64,000 bases of DNA from an uncultured virus (IMG/VR IMGVR_UViG_3300014205_009008) (Duplodnaviria > Heunggongvirae > Uroviricota > Caudoviricetes). Both the position numbers and the translations under genes were made by a program. The notes under the pieces are model-generated. The model had not been told where the DNA came from. It saw only the letters and a list, made by a program, of their open reading frames with translations, and did not search any database. This document shows positions 61,496 through 64,000 of the stretch, piece after piece. Position 1 is the stretch's first letter, and each line of letters opens with the position of its first letter. Location of the stretch: IMG/VR virus record IMGVR_UViG_3300014205_009008; one strand, written 5' to 3'.

Positions 61496-62881
61496 TCAAA
61501 AGAGATCCATCTCGGGTCGTTCATCAACCTCAACAAGAGAGTTTATGCATCTTATATGTTCTAGATGTGCCTCCCACCAGGTTTTACCGCCGCGCAACGG
61601 CTTGTCTAAGTCCCTTTTATAACTATCCGGAACAAGCAGGCTTGTAGGTATACGGTGCAAATATCCATTGTCTGCAGCCAGCTGCATAACATTACGCCCC
61701 CACGATACATCTACTTCGGCAATATTTTCAACAGTTAACAAACTACCTAAAAACTCATCATACCCGTCATCCTTGGATTGTGCCCCTATAGCCCATGCCA
61801 AAACGGAATGCCCACCTTCAGCATTAGGCGGAGTATCAAGAAGGGATAGAACCTCAGGGGTTAATAACTCCCTTGGTATTTGGTTCAAACATCCAGCGGA
61901 TGCCGCCTCATGATAAACAGTATACCACTTGTTACTAAGGCGCATATTCTCATCGGTCAACAATTCCTTTGGTGCACGATCTAAGCACGAATGCTGAGCC
62001 AGTGTGTGTAAAACTGTAGAACCATGTTCATCTACCCGCCTGTAATCATCCAGTTTTAACAGCCCCTCGGGTAGTCTGTTTAAATAGCCCGTAGCAGCCA
62101 GCTCATGTAACATATTTGGAGCCCCAGACAGTATTTTCTCAAAATTACGGGCAACATAGCCATTTGGTAACTGGTCAAGTTCTCCAAACATCACCAAACT
62201 CTGAAAAGCTGTTGTTCCACGAATATTTCTCAATAGCAGATTAGGAAGGTTAATGCACTCTGGTGGTAATTCCTTAATCCAGCCCAGACCAATCATTTCA
62301 TGGAATACCGTAGCCCCAGCTGCGTCCGTCTTGCTAAAGTTTTCGTTAGTCAATATATGCAGTGGTAAGTTGTGAATATTACCATACATTGCTGCCTGCC
62401 TAAAGCAGGTAGGTTTTCCAGGAATTTCCTCATTAAGGTACCGCGATGTAATCAGATCACTAGGGGCATGATCCCAGCCAAACTTAGCAGCCTTACTTAA
62501 CACCTCGTAGCCCATATCAGTAAGTGTAGCATCTGGTTGCAAAAATAGCTCTGCAGGAAGTTGCCCAGCCTTCCCAAGTCTCACAGCATGATCCAAAACG
62601 GTCTGCAGCTCAGTATAGGGTTCGTTAAACAAAGCCCTTGTCATGGACTCCTTTGGCACCTGCGCTATTTTATCATTCGAAATCATCGCGGCCATAACCG
62701 TCACACCAAGAGCATCTCTCAAGCCCAAATTTTCCTCAGTCAGAGCCCAATCGGGAATTACAGCATCAGGGTAACGTGCATAATTATGTAAGGTTGTAGA
62801 GCCTGCAAAGTCACGCCGAACCCAATATTCAGGGTCCTCAGGCGTAGGTCCAAACAACAATTCCCTTAGTTTCTTAAGCAC
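61496..62881 (-). CDS. Ankyrin-repeat protein with WW/DLF tail
   Basis: GSTVLHTLA-type repeats; ends TWW...EMDLF. TTGCCT-N18-TATAAT lies 5 nt before the GTG. Confidence 0.85.
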   Translation of the reverse strand: MLKKLRELLFGPTPEDPEYWVRRDFAGSTTLHNYARYPDAVIPDWALTEENLGLRDALGVTVMAAMISNDKIAQVPKESMTRALFNEPYTELQTVLDHAVRLGKAGQLPAELFLQPDATLTDMGYEVLSKAAKFGWDHAPSDLITSRYLNEEIPGKPTCFRQAAMYGNIHNLPLHILTNENFSKTDAAGATVFHEMIGLGWIKELPPECINLPNLLLRNIRGTTAFQSLVMFGELDQLPNGYVARNFEKILSGAPNMLHELAATGYLNRLPEGLLKLDDYRRVDEHGSTVLHTLAQHSCLDRAPKELLTDENMRLSNKWYTVYHEAASAGCLNQIPRELLTPEVLSLLDTPPNAEGGHSVLAWAIGAQSKDDGYDEFLGSLLTVENIAEVDVSWGRNVMQLAADNGYLHRIPTSLLVPDSYKRDLDKPLRGGKTWWEAHLEHIRCINSLVEVDERPEMDLF

Positions 62882-63853
62882 ACTTAATTATAGCACCAGC
62901 ATAATGGAAAAGGCAACCAAACACACCAAACAGAATAACCGACATGAAAATTTATCGGACAGCATTTCAATGGAACGAGACATACGACACAACCGCCCAC
63001 TGGATAGATATCATTAAACAACTTGGATACATCGTCTATGATATAGCCCCAAACGGAGCCGCCTACTGCGAGTATGCCATCAGCAAAAGAGTAGTCAAGA
63101 AATACAAGGGAAAGGAAGTGTAGGCAAAAACATAAATAACGTGCCAGATATTTACCTCAACCTTGACCAGCAAGCGCACAAGATCGTCATACGCGACCTA
63201 TACGACCATATTCTGCACAAATCAGTAACATTGGAGGAAATAGTCATATCCAATGAGGACTGCACCGTAGTAATCAAGGGTCAACCAATCCTTCGCTGGG
63301 ACCGCCACCTGCATTACCCAACTGCAGAAAATCACCCGATAGCCGCGTACCTATTCTTGCGAGCTATCGAAGATATCATACTCTCTAAGAAAGAAATCAC
63401 CCATTAACAATTATGTACAAGAAACCAATATATTGCGTCGGACTAGCCCACAACTTTGGTCGCACAGGCGAGTTTTTAGGAGCATCAATGCGCTACGCAG
63501 GATTCGTACAGGTAAGGTGGGACGGGGAGAACAGGTCAGTACAGCTCCAAAGAAAAGATATCATCATGACCTCCACGCTTGAGCGACCAACTGCCTATGT
63601 GGACCGCGCTAAATGCATTCCAAGTACGCAGCGCAAACACAACTACCCAAAATCAAGGAAACCTGCCAGCTCATTTAGCCTCTTCTCAAAATCCAAGCTC
63701 CGATGCCAGAGCAAGTGTTCAGCGTCAGGAACGCCATGCCAGAAGCGCAAAGGTCATAAAGGAACACATTCTGGATGGATATACAAGTGGGGGAAAAAGC
63801 ACTCACGCGCATAAGCTGTTGACTAGCCGAACTAAATAGCGCTAGAATCACTC

Positions 63854-64000
63854 ATGCCAGCTACCGAAAGTTTCCTATACAAAGCGGCAAGATTAGGGGA
63901 GCTAAACAAACTCCCCACTGAGGCACTGCTAGCCAGTGATTTTCTGGCTACGGATAAAGAAGGATTCTCCACCATCCACATAGCTGCGATATATGGACAC
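63854..64000 (+). CDS. Ankyrin-repeat protein, truncated by the window end
   Basis: MPATESFLYKAARLGELNKLP...GFSTIHIAAIYGH; TTGACT-N18-TAGAAT lies 5 nt before the ATG. Confidence 0.8.
   Translation, partial: MPATESFLYKAARLGELNKLPTEALLASDFLATDKEGFSTIHIAAIYGH

Noticed and set aside
63491..63499. GCTACGC inside a coding region
   Set aside because: The flanks (C...A) are not complementary and the site is not intergenic, so it is treated as a chance match.
1..64000. CRISPR array
   Set aside because: No regularly spaced 25-45 nt direct repeats were seen; the recurrent motifs are short and sit at gene boundaries.
1..64000. Alternative genetic code or stop-codon recoding
   Set aside because: Code-11 ORFs tile the window densely, and TAA, TAG and TGA all end genes cleanly.

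Overview
A 64-kb stretch with dense, mostly plus-strand, short ORFans and almost no Shine-Dalgarno sites. It carries three tRNAs and scattered host-like enzymes: TyrRS, oligoendopeptidase F, YqeY, two RNase H, macrodomain, Nudix, NT5C, HD-kinase, ATP-grasp and PcfJ. This best fits the accessory region of a large (jumbo) bacteriophage; that is an inference, since no structural or replication hallmark gene lies in the window. A PEP-CTERM protein, an outer-membrane beta-barrel and an L,D-transpeptidase point to a diderm host, possibly PVC/Verrucomicrobia. Main observations: (1) about 10 dispersed divergent ankyrin-repeat proteins share a C-terminal LLG-x-D...WW module and a terminal [ED]-[IMLV]-[DE]-[LI]-F tail. 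(2) Three classes of upstream motif occur: 13 intergenic copies of a covarying mini-hairpin N-GC-TAC-GC-N' (GC-GTA-GC on the template strand, reminiscent of N4-type hairpin promoters), about 16 copies of AAACATAA[AT] just before start codons, and 9 sigma70-type promoters spaced for leaderless mRNAs, mostly on the ankyrin and minus-strand genes. (3) A ~370-nt ORF-free, multi-stem element is closed by a 20-bp inverted repeat. (4) A 517-bp internally deleted IS607/TnpB-type element sits at a GG in codon 2 of a gene. (5) A signal-peptide Rhs toxin is followed by an immunity gene and orphan remnants. (6) An NlpC/P60-PEP-CTERM gene is frameshifted. All calls are by eye; no searches were run.
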